A stretch of 60,698 bases of DNA, taken from positions 53,383,433 through 53,444,130 of the forward strand of contig NC_068981.1 of the NCBI RefSeq assembly GCF_001194135.2, in the 5' to 3' direction. Numbering within the stretch: the first letter of the stretch is position 1; the number at the start of each line of letters is the position of its first letter. The notes below the pieces were generated by a model. The model saw only the letters and a program-made list of their open reading frames with translations. It searched no databases and was not told where the DNA came from. This document shows, piece by piece, positions 47,200 through 60,698 of the stretch. This DNA comes from Octopus bimaculoides (Eukaryota). A program made the position numbers and the translations under genes.

Positions 47200-50183
47200 T
47201 TGTGTGTGTGTGTGTGTGTCTGTGTGAATCCCTAAAACTCGAGAACTACACGACCAATTTCATTCACATTTTACACATGCCTTACTTAGGGTCCCGGTTG
47301 TGTTTTAGTTAAAACAATTTTTAAACTTCTTGCATGGTTCGAGCCCACAGTAACATCATATCTCCTCCACTATTTAAGTATTACGTGTCAAAAGTGAAAC
47401 AAAAACACTCATGTCAAAAACTTTCACTTTAAAAATGAAACTATTCCACTATTTCACTATCAAAACTGAAACAAACACATTTCGATACTGTAATGACACA
47501 TACTTTCATTTTAATGGTTTCATTTTCATACTGAATCTACTACAGTGAAACTATACTCTCACATATATACATGCATACATACTTATATACATACATACAT
47601 GCATATATATATCTGCACAATTGTATCCATATACATGTATATATATATATAGATGTATATATATATGTATATATATATATATATNNNNNNNNNNNNNNNN
47701 NNNNNNNNNNNNNNNNNNNNNNNNNNNNNNNNNNNNNNNNNNNNNNNNNNNNNNNNNNNNNNNNNNNNNNNNNNNNNNNNNNNNNNNNNNNNNNNNNNNN
47801 NNNNNNNNNNNNNNNNNNNNNNNNNNNNNNNNNNNNNNNNNNNNNNNNNNNNNNNNNNNNNNNNNNNNNNNNNNNNNNNNNNNNNNNNNNNNNNNNNNNN
47901 NNNNNNNNNNNNNNNNNNNNNNNNNNNNNNNNNNNNNNNNNNNNNNNNNNNNNNNNNNNNNNNNNNNNNNNNNNNNNNNNNNNNNNNNNNNNNNNNNNNN
48001 NNNNNNNNNNNNNNNNNNNNNNNNNNNNNNNNNNNNNNNNNNNNNNNNNNNNNNNNNNNNNNNNNNNNNNATGAAATTTTAACCATACATATTACACACA
48101 AATAAAGTAATATTTCTAAAATTTCTTCTTAGAAGTTACGAAGACCCCTTCATGGGGACTTCACACGCACAATTTAGTCATTTTTCCTAAGCAAAGACGA
48201 ATACAGTTGTGCGATTGGAAGCTATAGGGTCACCCGAACATAACAGATGAACATTATTTGTAATTCAACGGTACAACAGTGTAAGACTATCCTTTCAGAT
48301 ATACTTACATTGTGATTTCTGCAATGTGGTGCATAAATTGTCAAGTAAATGAGATGCATCTTTGCCTTCACTGATTCACTTGCAAAGTGTTGAGTAAAAT
48401 TATTTCGTGGCAGACCTCCTTTCAGTCTGTTTATTATCACTGGGTCACACATACTCCACAGTTGGTAACATTGATTTCAAAGCCTTCCCAGATGAGTGAT
48501 TGGTTGTTCTAAGACATTTATTGATTGTAAATTTTTTCTGCCCAGTTACCTATCGGTATAGTGGTCATTTGCAAACTCCAGAGGCGACGCTTTCATTTCT
48601 CTTTACTCCAAACGTCACACGTTGTTATTTCAATTGGGTCATGCCCTTCCAATTGCTATAGATCCGTAATGCATCTTACACCTGTGCCTGTCACCTGTAT
48701 GGTGAGGAATACTACATTGAGGAGTAGTAAAAACTAGGCTAGGGTAGCTGACTGATTATCGTGATCATTCGTCTTTTGGTTTCCTGTAGCTTTGCTCTCT
48801 TTTACAAACCCAGTGAACATACATATATTTCCTGTTTCAAAGAAATTCAAACAATACATATTACACCCAAGTTANNNNNNNNNNNNNNNNNNNNNNNNNN
48901 NNNNNNNNNNNNNNNNNNNNNNNNNNNNNNNNNNNNNNNNNNNNNNNNNNNNNNNNNNNNNNNNNNNNNNNNNNNNNNNNNNNNNNNNNNNNNNNNNNNN
49001 NNNNNNNNNNNNNNNNNNNNNNNNNNNNNNNNNNNNNNNNNNNNNNNNNNNNNNNNNNNNNNNNNNNNNNNNNNNNNNNNNNNNNNNNNNNNNNNNNNNN
49101 NNNNNNNNNNNNNNNNNNNNNNNNNNNNNNNNNNNNNNNNNNNNNNNNNNNNNNNNNNNNNNNNNNNNNNNNNNNNNNNNNNNNNNNNNNNNNNNNNNNN
49201 NNNNNNNNNNNNNNNNNNNNNNNNNNNNNNNNNNNNNNNNNNNNNNNNNNNNNNNNNNNNNNNNNNNNNNNNNNNNNNNNNNNNNNNNNNNNNNNNNNNN
49301 NNNNNNNNNNNNNNNNNNNNNNNNNNNNNNNNNNNNNNNNNNNNNNNNNNNNNNNNNNNNNNNNNNNNNNNNNNNNNNNNNNNNNNNNNNNNNNNNNNNN
49401 NNNNNNNNNNNNNNNNNNNNNNNNNNNNNNNNNNNNNNNNNNNNNNNNNNNNNNNNNNNNNNNNNNNNNNNNNNNNNNNNNNNNNNNNNNNNNNNNNNNN
49501 NNNNNNNNNNNNNNNNNNNNNNNNNNNNNNNNNNNNNNNNNNNNNNNNNNNNNNNNNNNNNNNNNNNNNNNNNNNNNNNNNNNNNNNNNNNNNNNNNNNN
49601 NNNNNNNNNNNNNNNNNNNNNNNNNNNNNNNNNNNNNNNNNNNNNNNNNNNNNNNNNNNNNNNNNNNNNNNNNNNNNNNNNNNNNNNNNNNNNNNNNNNN
49701 NNNNNNNNNNNNNNNNNNNNNNNNNNNNNNNNNNNNNNNNNNNNNNNNNNNNNNNNNTTCAATTTCATACTGAAACTATTAAAGTGAAACTATACTCTCA
49801 CATATATACAAGCATACTGTAAGACCCAAGTTAAAAACATTCCCAACAATTCAACTTCTCTGGTTGACATTAACACACCCACCCCAATAGGGGCCTTCAT
49901 GCACACATTTTAGAGTTTCATGAGCTCCATTTTTCAGGAGCAAAATCCATTTTACAGGTTCCAGAAGACTGAAATTTTTGAATATGCGCATAAAGATCAA
50001 TAGCATGGGATACATGTCTCATGATTAGAATTTTTTTAGGGTGCGTAAAGAGGGAAAGAACCCTCATGTGCAATTTTGATGAAATTCGAATCATATGTAC
50101 TCCAGTTCCTTACAGAAAATATAAGAGAAAAATCTCATCCTTCAATTACATGTAACACGGGCAACACCGGGTATCTCTGCTAG

Positions 50184-50186
<3 letters not shown>
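47200..50186 (-). mobile_element. Probable non-autonomous Helitron-like element(s) spanning two gaps
   Basis: Terminus TACTAGCAGAGATACCCGGTGTTGCCCG (minus, 50155-50186) next to (TA)n; related termini at 53950 and 60608. The left boundary is a guess. Confidence 0.45.
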
Positions 50187-50235
<49 letters not shown>

Positions 50236-50643
50236 CGTGGCTTAGTGGCTAGGGTATTCAGCTCACGATCGTCAGTTCAATTCGTGCGCGTGTGTGTGAG
50301 ACGTACTTTCACTTTCCGTCGGCTTGGGAGCTAACTTGTGGTTAACAAACAAACTAGCTGCAACCAACTGGATATCTACTTTGTTCGTCTTACTAAAAAT
50401 AGTAGTCATGCTTCCATCACATAAAACACTACTAGCCTTCAAGGAAGAACTCGCTGGATAATGCAGTCCTACATTTACACTACACCGAAAAAAGTCGTGA
50501 TAGTCTTTGTTTATAAGGCTGTTCAAGAAGGGCTGATCTGGGATTAGACATTAGCAATGTTGGAAATCCCTAACAAAACGTACGTACGACAATACCATCC
50601 AAATTCCGTCAAAGCACACTCTATCGTTTTAAAACTGGAACAA

Positions 50644-50800
50644 GCATGGCTGAGTGGTAAGACGTCTGCTTCCTAATCACATGGTTCCAGGTTCTGTCCA
50701 ATGTGTGGCGCCTCGGGCAAGTATCTTCAGCTATAGCTTTCAGCCAATAAAGCCCTGTGGGTGGATTTGGTAGACGGAAACTGATAGAAGTTTAAGAATA

Positions 50801-50840
<40 letters not shown>

Positions 50841-51022
50841 ACAGCCGGTGTAATATGTTTACTTCTCTGTAACTTCGCAGTTCGACATAAGATTCCGATA
50901 AAATAAGTATCGGGCTTAAAATTAAATAAGTACTTGGGTCGATTCGTGCAACTAAAACCTTCCAGGCGGTGCCCCAACATGACCGTTGTCTAATGACTGA
51001 AACAAGTAAAACATAAAAGATA
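50644..51022 (+). mobile_element. tRNA-derived SINE with internal (GT)n
   Basis: Colinear with 37618-38030. Confidence 0.85.
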
Positions 51023-53949
51023 ATAGATAGCTCATTTTAGTTTAAGATATACATAAAAGATCGCCAATGCTAAAATACCTTCGGCTTTGTGGTAGTCACC
51101 ACATAGTCCTTACGTTTTAGAAGTCCATAAAATCTATTTTCAGATAAACACGTGTTTATTTAAAGTGTCTGTAGCTACAACTTGCTTTTCTATACCCACC
51201 TCATTAAATATATTTGCTTCAAAGACTTTGTGTATTATTTGTCACCGAACTTTCTGACACGCCCTATATCATTGATTCATTATTATTACTCATGAAGTAA
51301 TGAAAATGTTTTTCATCTGCAGTCGTTTTACAGTTTGTGTGACAGCCACTTGTACTAAAGTTTTACCTGATGTTTTTCCTTCTTTTTCTTTTGGTGCATA
51401 GAATGTCAGAAATAATACCTGTCTAACTAACAAGACACGGGATTTATTTTGTTTGTGACGTGATTAATCCCGAAGAACAAATAGTGATCTTCCAACAAGC
51501 TAAAATTCAAACTTGATTTCAATTCCCAGTTGAAACTATATCATTCCACTTGAACCACTAGTGCTCTTGAAAGCAAACATAAATGTCACATTTAACATAA
51601 AATTCTTCCCAAGATATGGATCTCTATTTATAATGAAAATAAACCAATTTCTATCTATTTTGGTTTGACGAGATCCCTACAAGATGAGTACACTTGGCTG
51701 TTTCTATTTTAGGTTTAATTTCATTCATGCTCTTAGTTCTCGCTTCATTGTTAATTCACTTGGGATAACCATGGCGGGGTACAATCCTACGAAATTAGAT
51801 TCTAAGTGGTTTCTTGAAATGCTAGAAATTACAGTAAAATCTGCTTGAAGTTAAACCCTACCGTTTTTAAAGGCATGACGCATTGGATGATGCATAGTCC
51901 CTACAAAAAAAAAAAAAAAGAAAGAAAGAAAGAAAAAGAACGGAATAATCTCAACAAGAAACCCTTTGATGATAGATCTGCTGGATCAGAATTAACCTGG
52001 AGCTAGCTAATAACAAGATGCTGTGAAGTGTGTCACTAGAAAATCACTTTATAAAACATTGCCATGTTTAAACTGGTCATTTAAGCTTATTTAAAGCACA
52101 TTTAAAAACTTTATTTTAAAAATGTTAACCCTGAAACAGGAATCCGAAGGGGGATTTTTAATACCAGGAGTGCGTAACCCGTGGAGGCATAATAAAAATA
52201 ATAAATCTTTAATTTTACATTATAAATAAATCAAATTAATACTGTAGTCTCGAGGCTCAATCCCATTTTAGGTTGTTTTGTTTTATGTGAGTCTTTAGGG
52301 ACTTCGTTACCAAGCGGTTTCACATTTGAATACGAGCCGAGTATCCCTCTACACTGATCTATAATTGCAATCAAGCAGCCACTCTGGTATGGTTTTGTAC
52401 TGCACTGGTCTCTTTTATGTGATATTGGTATAAATTTGTGACCTGACTCAGTATTTGTGCCGCCAACTCGTTACTGTGTTAAGTTTATGTTACTTCTCAT
52501 CGGATATTCTATTTTTCTGCATCAATGAGTGTTCAGTCTTGTACATGGACTTAATGATTTTTTTCACCACTACTTGAGCAAGCACTGTGAAGTCTATGCT
52601 TTGCTAATGAAATTATAATAAGGCCTGAATATATCTGGGGTTGTGTTCCTTACTTCCCAGAAGAATGAAAACATTTGTCATCGACTAATATAGTTTCTCT
52701 TAACACAAAATTATTTCATGTTAACTTTTCGATGCTCACTACAATAAATGTTAACACTATTACTTTTATTTCACATGTATGGCATCTGTGAGTTGCTTTA
52801 CCTTAACCACTTGAGCATGTCCCTTAGTGACTAACAATATGTGCATCTCTGATCACGAGTAGGAGCAGTGGGGGAGCATTATAGCCATATGCTGAGAGAA
52901 ATTCTTTGGGGTTTGAATAAATGTAACAAAAGCAAAGTTTGAAGGAAATATTAGCCATTTTTCATACTGTCTAGGTGCAAGCAAGTAGGAAATAGGAATT
53001 GCAACCCAAGGACAAATCGTGTTACAGCGTTATTTACTATTTCAGTAGATAATGTGGCGTTTATTCTTTCTTTATGAAGCCATAATAGGACCTAAACATG
53101 TCAGCTATGATTTGTTGAAATAATAATTAAAATATTCACTGTATTCCTGATTAGATTTTCGTATTGCTTCCTACTTTAAAATATATTTAATGTGGCCTCA
53201 AAATAAAAGTTAGTTTTAGTAAGTGTTGAGCACTGACTGGAGATGATGATAATGTAAAATATAATTGTTTTTTTTTTTATTTTCACATTAGCACAAAGGA
53301 ACAAATTTATATTTGATGAGTTGTAATGTCATATTAATGACACATTGTAAAAAGGTCATTTATTTATAACATACATTTATCAAATAAATACTTCGCGACA
53401 GTTGTGCTTGTTACTGGATGCGCTCTCTGTTCGTTCTCAAGATACTATATTTCTACATTTTTCCATCCTTCTTGAAATCCTTCGTCTCAATTTATACTAA
53501 ACACCACTGATTCATTGATATTAGAATTGGCACAGCTCCTTATCATCAAACTAAACAACAATACTTCTAAAATATTTGTATTTGCGTGGGAATATTTCGA
53601 TTGAAAGCATCGCACACAAGCCTTCAGTGTGGAAAGGTTATAAAGAACAAAGGAAAATATAGCATCCAAGAACTCTCGTTACTTTGGATATAGTTTCAAA
53701 CTGACAATATATATGCTTAAATTGCGAAAATTACGCTTTTTTCTTTCTTTTCTTTTCTTTTTTTTTTCTGTTTTGATTGCTCTAATGCTGGAAATATTAT
53801 TTTCACTGTAATGGCGCAAACTTTCATTTTCGCAGTCATATAGCATTGTAATTTTCAATGAATTCAAGTTATTTTACTGCCTCATTTACTACAACATAGA
53901 CTAGAAACGGCTGACCTATATATTAGTAGAATTGTATCGTTATCATATA

Positions 53950-54010
53950 ACTAGCTGAGATACCCGGTAATATCCGAGAGCGGGGATATTCCCAGTATCC
54001 ATTACAATGC
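53950..54010 (+). mobile_element. Helitron-like terminus
   Basis: ACTAGCTGAGATACCCGGT, homologous to 50155-50186. Confidence 0.5.
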
Positions 54011-55042
54011 CTAATTTCTCTCAGACGGAAAATGAAATCAAGACATAGGACAGATAATAGAAGGCATAAGCAAATTCATTCACGGAACAATAATACAAAT
54101 AAATACGTGTTGAATCAGAAAATGACAATCGTTTGGTCAGATGAGTGGAAAACTGCAAATATATAATCAATGGAAACATCAAGAAGGGGATTGTAAAGGA
54201 GTGCTATGAAAAAAACAAGAACATAAATATTTTAAAAGTAAACAAAAAAATTATTTAGAGAAAAGGTACTTAACTTGACGACTGTATTTCATGGGTATAG
54301 TTCCACTGATCGTGAGAATCAAATATTGATTGCAATGGTTAGAACCGACAATTTTAAGTGCAGGTGTTAAGAAAATACATGCTACATGTTTTAGCACACA
54401 ACGTTGCTGTTGTGGCGGACGTCCCTACGTGATAAGTAGACTGGTCCACTACTAAAAAATAGTGGACAGACTCAGTAAGTAGTGTCAGTGAGCGAGGCAC
54501 GCTGTTCGGGCCAGTCATGCAGACAAAGAGTTATTTACTTTAACATAATGCGCATTTAAAAGCTTGTGATGATTGCTTTCATTTGAGAAGTTTTGCCTAA
54601 ACAGGGGTAAACATTTCTGGCTGTTTTCGTGAAACATTTTGAACGGAAGATTGCACCTGGTTATATTTGTATTCTTAACCCTTTTTGGGATGTAGGAATC
54701 CTTTCTGTACACTAATTTTGTTCTGATGTCACTCCTTGCTAACGCTTTGTTATAGCGGGGTACAGCTCCGTTGAGGATATCTCTATCTAAAAATAAAGTG
54801 GAGATTCTTCTTTTATTGCAGGAATAAATATTTGCCTGTGTTTAGATCTAATGTGATGTTCGAACAATTGTGAACTGTCAGACGTATTTTTTCCTTTGTC
54901 AGTGACGTTTCAATTAATGCAATTCTGGATCAAGCTGCTAGGACATATATTTAAACTTCACGAAACGTTCACTCACATACACATACAAACGTATGCACAC
55001 ATATATCTATATTAACTTCAATATCTGTCTATTACAAACAAA

Positions 55043-55089
<47 letters not shown>

Positions 55090-56348
55090 CAACAACGAAA
55101 CACCAAATTTCTTGCATACTCTACTTACATAAGAATTTATGACTCACTAGCACTACGTGATATGGTAACAAAATAGCGTAATGTTCGTAGATGAGACGTT
55201 TAGTGATAAAGCAAAAGCTTTAAGAAAATGTGCTGAGAAACTTATCTTGGTATTAAAGCTGTGGGGAAAAAACTCATTACCTGTAAGTACTACCTCTTTA
55301 ACAGGAATGACTATAGAAAGAAATTGTAAAGTATGCGGCATAAACTCACATACTAATTCCAAACTAAGCAATATAGTTTATTATCTAAGGTGCCGAGACG
55401 TTTCATGAACAAACTCCCCTGGGACTTACATTGAAGCGACAGCTCGTAATATAGTGACAGTTTTGTCGAGCTGTACTGAAAAGAAACCTAGATAAAACGC
55501 AAAATTTCAAACAATAGACCTTCCTGTGGGTATCATATCTACACATCATTATTATGCAGAATTTAAAAGGTTAACTTATACTGTTTTGACACATTGTCAA
55601 AATGGATGATCAAAGATTTCTGAAGCATTTTTACTATCGGGAGTTGGTGAGAGAGAGTGCAAACGCTAGAATGATATACGCAAGACCTTTTTGAAGCTTT
55701 CATTAATAAACTTACGGAGTAACTTGCTGTTGAGCGAACTATCTGGCGCAGTCAAGTAATGAAAGCATCTGTGCAGGAGAGAAGTTGACCGGGTTGCACA
55801 AGAAAGGGAAATGGGAAAGCCTAGAGATATCGACCGAGAGTTTTGTCTTAGTTATCAATCATAATGGTGTACGAACGCCTGTGTGTGTGTATGTGTGTGC
55901 GCGCGCGCGATCAAAAATTAAATTAAACTGAATTATGCAGGAGTTGTTAGAAGTAGGCCGATGCTTTATGAGCGAAATTTGATAGACAACATGGGTTATG
56001 AGTAACTATGCTATTCATTAAAAACAAAAACACCTAAAATAAGTAACGTCAACGAGTTACGTAATTAAATTAAGTAAAGCATATCACGGGCATAACTAGA
56101 CTGCTCATATAGCTTGCCTTGTGAATAATAAAAATAATGCAGAGTTGTATGTGTACAATTAATTTACACGATTTCTATGCTTATTCACAACCAGCGCCAT
56201 ATTTTTTACTTATTATGAACGCATGATTGTCAACTATTTAGTTAGGCTTATCATTTTCTAATCTTATATTTTCATAATGTACTTTCAGGTTGAGATAAGC
56301 GGCTTCACACGAACTTTATAGAAAATCGTTTTGATCCTAATTCCATGG

Positions 56349-56398
56349 TTCCAAAGCACTATAGTTAAAACACGGACTTCCAAAGCACTATAGTTAAA
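56349..56398. repeat. Perfect 21-bp direct repeat TTCCAAAGCACTATAGTTAAA x2, 8-bp spacer
   Basis: Copies at 56349-56369 and 56378-56398. Confidence 0.9.
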
Positions 56399-56663
56399 TC
56401 AACTTTTACAACGTGACAAAATGCTTGTATGTTAAACGTATTAATATAATCCCACTTCAAATATAAACAGAAGCAGAAATACATATTTAAAAATGTCACC
56501 ACCGTTGCTGGACAATTTTTGTCTGCTACTGTGTCTTGCAAGGCTATACACGTCTATAACACACATCTCGAAATGAATACCCTAGTTTTTCAAATTTTCA
56601 ACGATGTTTCTGCTTTATATATGCTACAAAGATCGGTATTTGAAGCTGCTAGTGTATATATAT

Positions 56664-56957
56664 AATTTACGAATTGCATTAGTGCAGTAAACGAAGTCCT
56701 TTTTTTTTTTATCACGGCGAATTGACAAAGTTGTTAGAACGGCGAACAGAGTAACCCACGATATTTGTTCCAACCCTCTGCACTTCGAATTCAATGGCCG
56801 GATAACTGAAGAGATGTTGGCGTGGGCTCCCACCCCGGCATCCGAAACTCGGAATATTATCATGGCTACCGAATAAATGTCACATATTTTTACAGATAAA
56901 TTCCTCTATTTACATAATATCGAGGTCTCTTTCTTTCTTTTGTTGACCTTCCTATCA

Positions 56958-56992
<35 letters not shown>

Positions 56993-58784
56993 TATATNNN
57001 NNNNNNNNNNNNNNNNNNNNNNNNNNNNNNNNNNNNNNNNNNNNNNNNNNNNNNNNNNNNNNNNNNNNNNNNNNNNNNNNNNNNNNNNNNNNNNNNNNNN
57101 NNNNNNNNNNNNNNNNNNNNNNNNNNNNNNNNNNNNNNNNNNNNNNNNNNNNNNNNNNNNNNNNNNNNNNNNNNNNNNNNNNNNNNNNNNNNNNNNNNNN
57201 NNNNNNNNNNNNNNNNNNNNNNNNNNNNNNNNNNNNNNNNNNNNNNNNNNNNNNNNNNNNNNNNNNNTATATATATATATATATATATATAGTGAGAATT
57301 TACAAAAAGCAAAAGACGAAGACGGGTGTATAAACAACAAATAGATGTATTAATTTAACGCCCGGGAAATGAGAAAGTCTTTTACGTTTCGAGCCTACTC
57401 TCTTCGACAGAAAGGAACACAGAAATAAACAGGGAGAGAAAATTAAAAAAGGCTATGCACGCACACAGTCTCGCTAAAAAACTTTGTCCTGTGGTTTACC
57501 GATAGTCCCTTAAGATTTTGGAATGAGGATTAACAACCGACTAGTTTCATCTTTCAGTAAGAGTTCGAGAGATATCACTTATTTTTTCCCTCTGGTAGCT
57601 AAAAGTAAGCTAAATGTGAGATTAAGTTATAACAAATATAACTAAACATGAGATGTATATATAATGTTAGAAAGTTGACGAACAAGAGTTCATAACCAAA
57701 CTATCAATGTAGTGAATGAGTTCGAGGCTAAATACTTAATCTATGATATAGGTATAACACCGTACGCAAGCCTACACCCCCCCCCCCNNNNNNNNNNNNN
57801 NNNNNNNNNNNNNNNNNNNNNNNNNNNNNNNNNNNNNNNNNNNNNNNNNNNNNNNNNNNNNNNNNNNNNNNNNNNNNNNNNNNNNNNNNNNNNNNNNNNN
57901 NNNNNNNNNNNNNNNNNNNNNNNNNNNNNNNNNNNNNNNNNNNNNNNNNNNNNNNNNNNNNNNNNNNNNNNNNNNNNNNNNNNNNNNNNNNNNNNNNNNN
58001 NNNNNNNNGATAATTACTTTCATACCATTCTGAAGTGGGTGATTCCTACTAATCAAATTCACACAAAAGAAATTGAAGAGTGTGGATAAAAGGGATGAAG
58101 GTGGTTTAGCAGAATTTGACAAGATACCTAGCTCCGTTCCGGTTTGACTATTTGGTTTACCAGTACAAGTCTGTATCCCGCTGTATTACCTCCTATATGA
58201 GTGTTTATAACAAAAGTATTTGCACATTCTAAAAAACAAACCAAAAAACAAGGAAACGAAAAATAGAAGAAAAAAAGTAACTTTAGACTCGGTTTCGCTT
58301 TTTGTTCAGAATTTTTTTAATCTTTTAGCCAGAAAGAAAGACAGTGTTCATGACTTACCACAGGAATTACAGTGACAAGGAGAAAGGTATCCTGAAACCA
58401 GAACCCTGCCCCAAATGCTCACAACTGAGTGGACTCCGCTAAAAGCACCCGAGGTGACATGTGGTGGTGTTAAACTAAGCGTAGGGTTAAGTCAACCACT
58501 CAAGTAGGCTATGGCGAGAATTGAACGCAGAATACACTGAACAAATACTGCAAGGCATCTGGTCCGACGTTCTTACAGTTCCTTCAATCCACCATCTTCG
58601 ATTGCTGTTTTTTATCGACTCCAAAAGGATGAAAGGAAAAGTATACCTCAGCAGGATTTGAATTCGAAGTGCAGAGGGTCGAACAAATATCATGGGTTAC
58701 TCTGTTCGCCGTTCTAACAACTTTTTCAATTCGCCGTGATAAAAAAAAAGTCTTCATTTACTGCGCTAATGCTATTCGTAAATT
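56664..58784. repeat. Dispersed inverted repeat, ~130-bp arms (56664-56794 and 58658-58784)
   Basis: Arms are reverse complements with few mismatches; they contain a SINE-like head plus shared flank. Confidence 0.9.
57292..57460 (-). mobile_element. Probable Penelope-type terminal repeat fragment next to (TA)n
   Basis: Minus-strand CTGTCGAAGAGAGTAGGCTCGAAACGT resembles PLE pLTR ribozyme-like motifs; family assignment from recall. Confidence 0.4.
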
Positions 58785-59338
58785 CATACTTAAAACATAA
58801 GTTACGGGAAAGAATTTGTCTAGTAGATGCTAAAGTATATTTAACCGAGTAAATAAGTTAGAATTGTTACCATGAACTTTTGTCCCGTATGACCTTTTAT
58901 TTATCAACAATATCGCTTTTCAATAAAGCTAAGATTAAGTATCCACCCCAAACACCGTCCATAAAAATTAGATTCCAGAGATTCCAGTAACGCCAAATTT
59001 CTTGAAATTATCTTCCTTTCCCTCAACTGAATAACGCATACGATAATTAATTTTTGTAATGCTGAAAGAAAACTCAACGATTTCAGGATTTTTTTGTTTT
59101 GTTTATGTCACTCATTTGTACAGTTGCTGACATGAATAAACGGTTACTTTGTAACATACATATTTCTTCCTGGTTGTAATGAATTTTTGTGGTAGTGGTT
59201 TAAAGCTATTGGCATTTACGAAAAAACAAAGAAAATCAGTGATGGTTTGCATAATCACACGAACTTAGCATTATATTCTGAATTCTTTCTTTTTCCTTGT
59301 TTTGCATTTAGCTGGTATTACCTGAATGACCTTTTTAT

Positions 59339-59373
<35 letters not shown>

Positions 59374-60607
59374 GTCTGTCTGTCTGTCTGTCTGTCTAAC
59401 CAGCTATATATATTATAATAACTATTGAATCATTCTTTACCGACTAATAGGCAACTGGTATTTTGTTCCCCTTCTAATTCCTTTTCCTTAAAACTGATTC
59501 CGCTTTAGTACAAATAAAGACTTTCTTCAATCTATATCTTATTCCGACACACTAACGACGAAGCTTTTGATGTATAATTACAGTATGATGGTGTACATAA
59601 TGATTTGCGTTTTGCGATGTCACTTTGAGTACGTAGTAAAAAGTAAAAAGTTGATGTTCATCACCAGAATGTAAATGAACATCCCAACCCTCGAAATAAA
59701 AAGCTAGTATGATACCCACTTACCATGGAACATTCAATACTCCAAATGTCTTGGTATAAATATTGTATTTTCGCCTCCCGTATTTGCAATCTACTTCTCT
59801 AAAATAAACCATTTTGAAGAGGTCTGTCTTTATTTTAAAACGAATCATATCCATTGATGAAATAGAAACGATTTCAGATCTTTGGTTCACATGTCATAAA
59901 TTCGTATCTTGCTAGGTACGCGGAATTGGAAAAACAGTAAAAGAATTATAATCCGAGAAAATTATAATTGTTATTAACAACAAGTCATCTCAGAAACTAA
60001 AAAAAATGTAATACTCATGATTTATTTGTTGCCTTTCACCTGACTGAAACGGAGTCGATTATCTCGAGGTTAGCTGAGAATAAGTTCGAATAATTTTAAC
60101 TTCGAATTCAGTCAATTTTGACTCGGAATTTGATTCATCAAAGTAATTACGTAACCACAATTACGTAGCCACAAGATATAGTTTTAAAAAACGATCCTCT
60201 TGTTCAAATGATCGGAATAAAAATAAAAAAAACACAAAAAGCACAAAATTGTTAACAAACAGAGAGTTCTGTAATGGAAAGAGTGTGCTCAGACAAGACA
60301 AGGCACTTCTAAAATCTTATCACGAACTGATTAGATGGTTAAGAAGCAAACGGTTATCTTGACATTACGTGCTTTATGACATAATGCACCCCACTGGTCC
60401 TAAATTTTTCCCAGTGTAATAATATAATAGTATATTTTACAATCATAAATCATTTAAATTTTAATCCTGGTTACTTTTTTAGATACTAAGCAAAATATAT
60501 TTGAAATTTATTTAATGTTCATCACCAGAATTTAAATTTTAAAGAAAGTTCATGGAAGTCTTCTATATGTTTGTAGTGCACTTTCATTTTACCATATATA
60601 TATATAT

Positions 60608-60698
60608 ACTAGCAGAAACATCCAGCGTTGCCCGGGTTAAAGAGAATAATGAAATTTAGAATCTAGACGACGATTTTAAATTTCATTATTCTCTTTAA
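60608..60698 (+). mobile_element. Helitron-like terminus followed by a perfect 22-bp-arm hairpin (truncated by window end)
   Basis: (TA)n-ACTAGCAGAAACATCCAGCGTTGCCCGGG; arms 60637-60658 and 60677-60698. Confidence 0.55.

Overview
Eukaryotic, AT-rich and microsatellite-dense genomic DNA with several assembly gaps. The repeat families and (TA)n/(CA)n density suggest an octopus genome; this is inferred from memory, not a search. The only host protein-coding gene I can support is the 3' half of a USP32-like ubiquitin-specific protease on the + strand. It has 11 GT-AG exons from 3651 to a TGA at 18300-18302 that splice into one open frame of about 683 codons, with the His box (GGHY), NDS motif and C-terminal CaaX (CVIQ). 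Its 5' exons lie upstream of the window. The rest is introns, a long TE-poor putative 3' region, and intergenic DNA filled with decayed mobile elements: many RTE-clade LINE fragments, CR1-like relics, tRNA-derived SINEs, two different Penelope-like elements lying tail-to-tail, a pogo/Tigger transposase relic, a hAT-Charlie-like end and Helitron-like termini. I found no clearly novel multi-gene system and no CRISPR. The best leads are: (1) a 57-bp near-perfect intronic hairpin with a UAG/A-C mismatch, a textbook ADAR site; (2) a Penelope-like GIY-YIG frame with a CxC linker that is open apart from one in-frame TGA; (3) a variable-copy hairpin module in RTE 3' UTRs; (4) a minisatellite born from RTE coding sequence; and (5) a local inverted duplication. 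Boundaries of repeat features are approximate.
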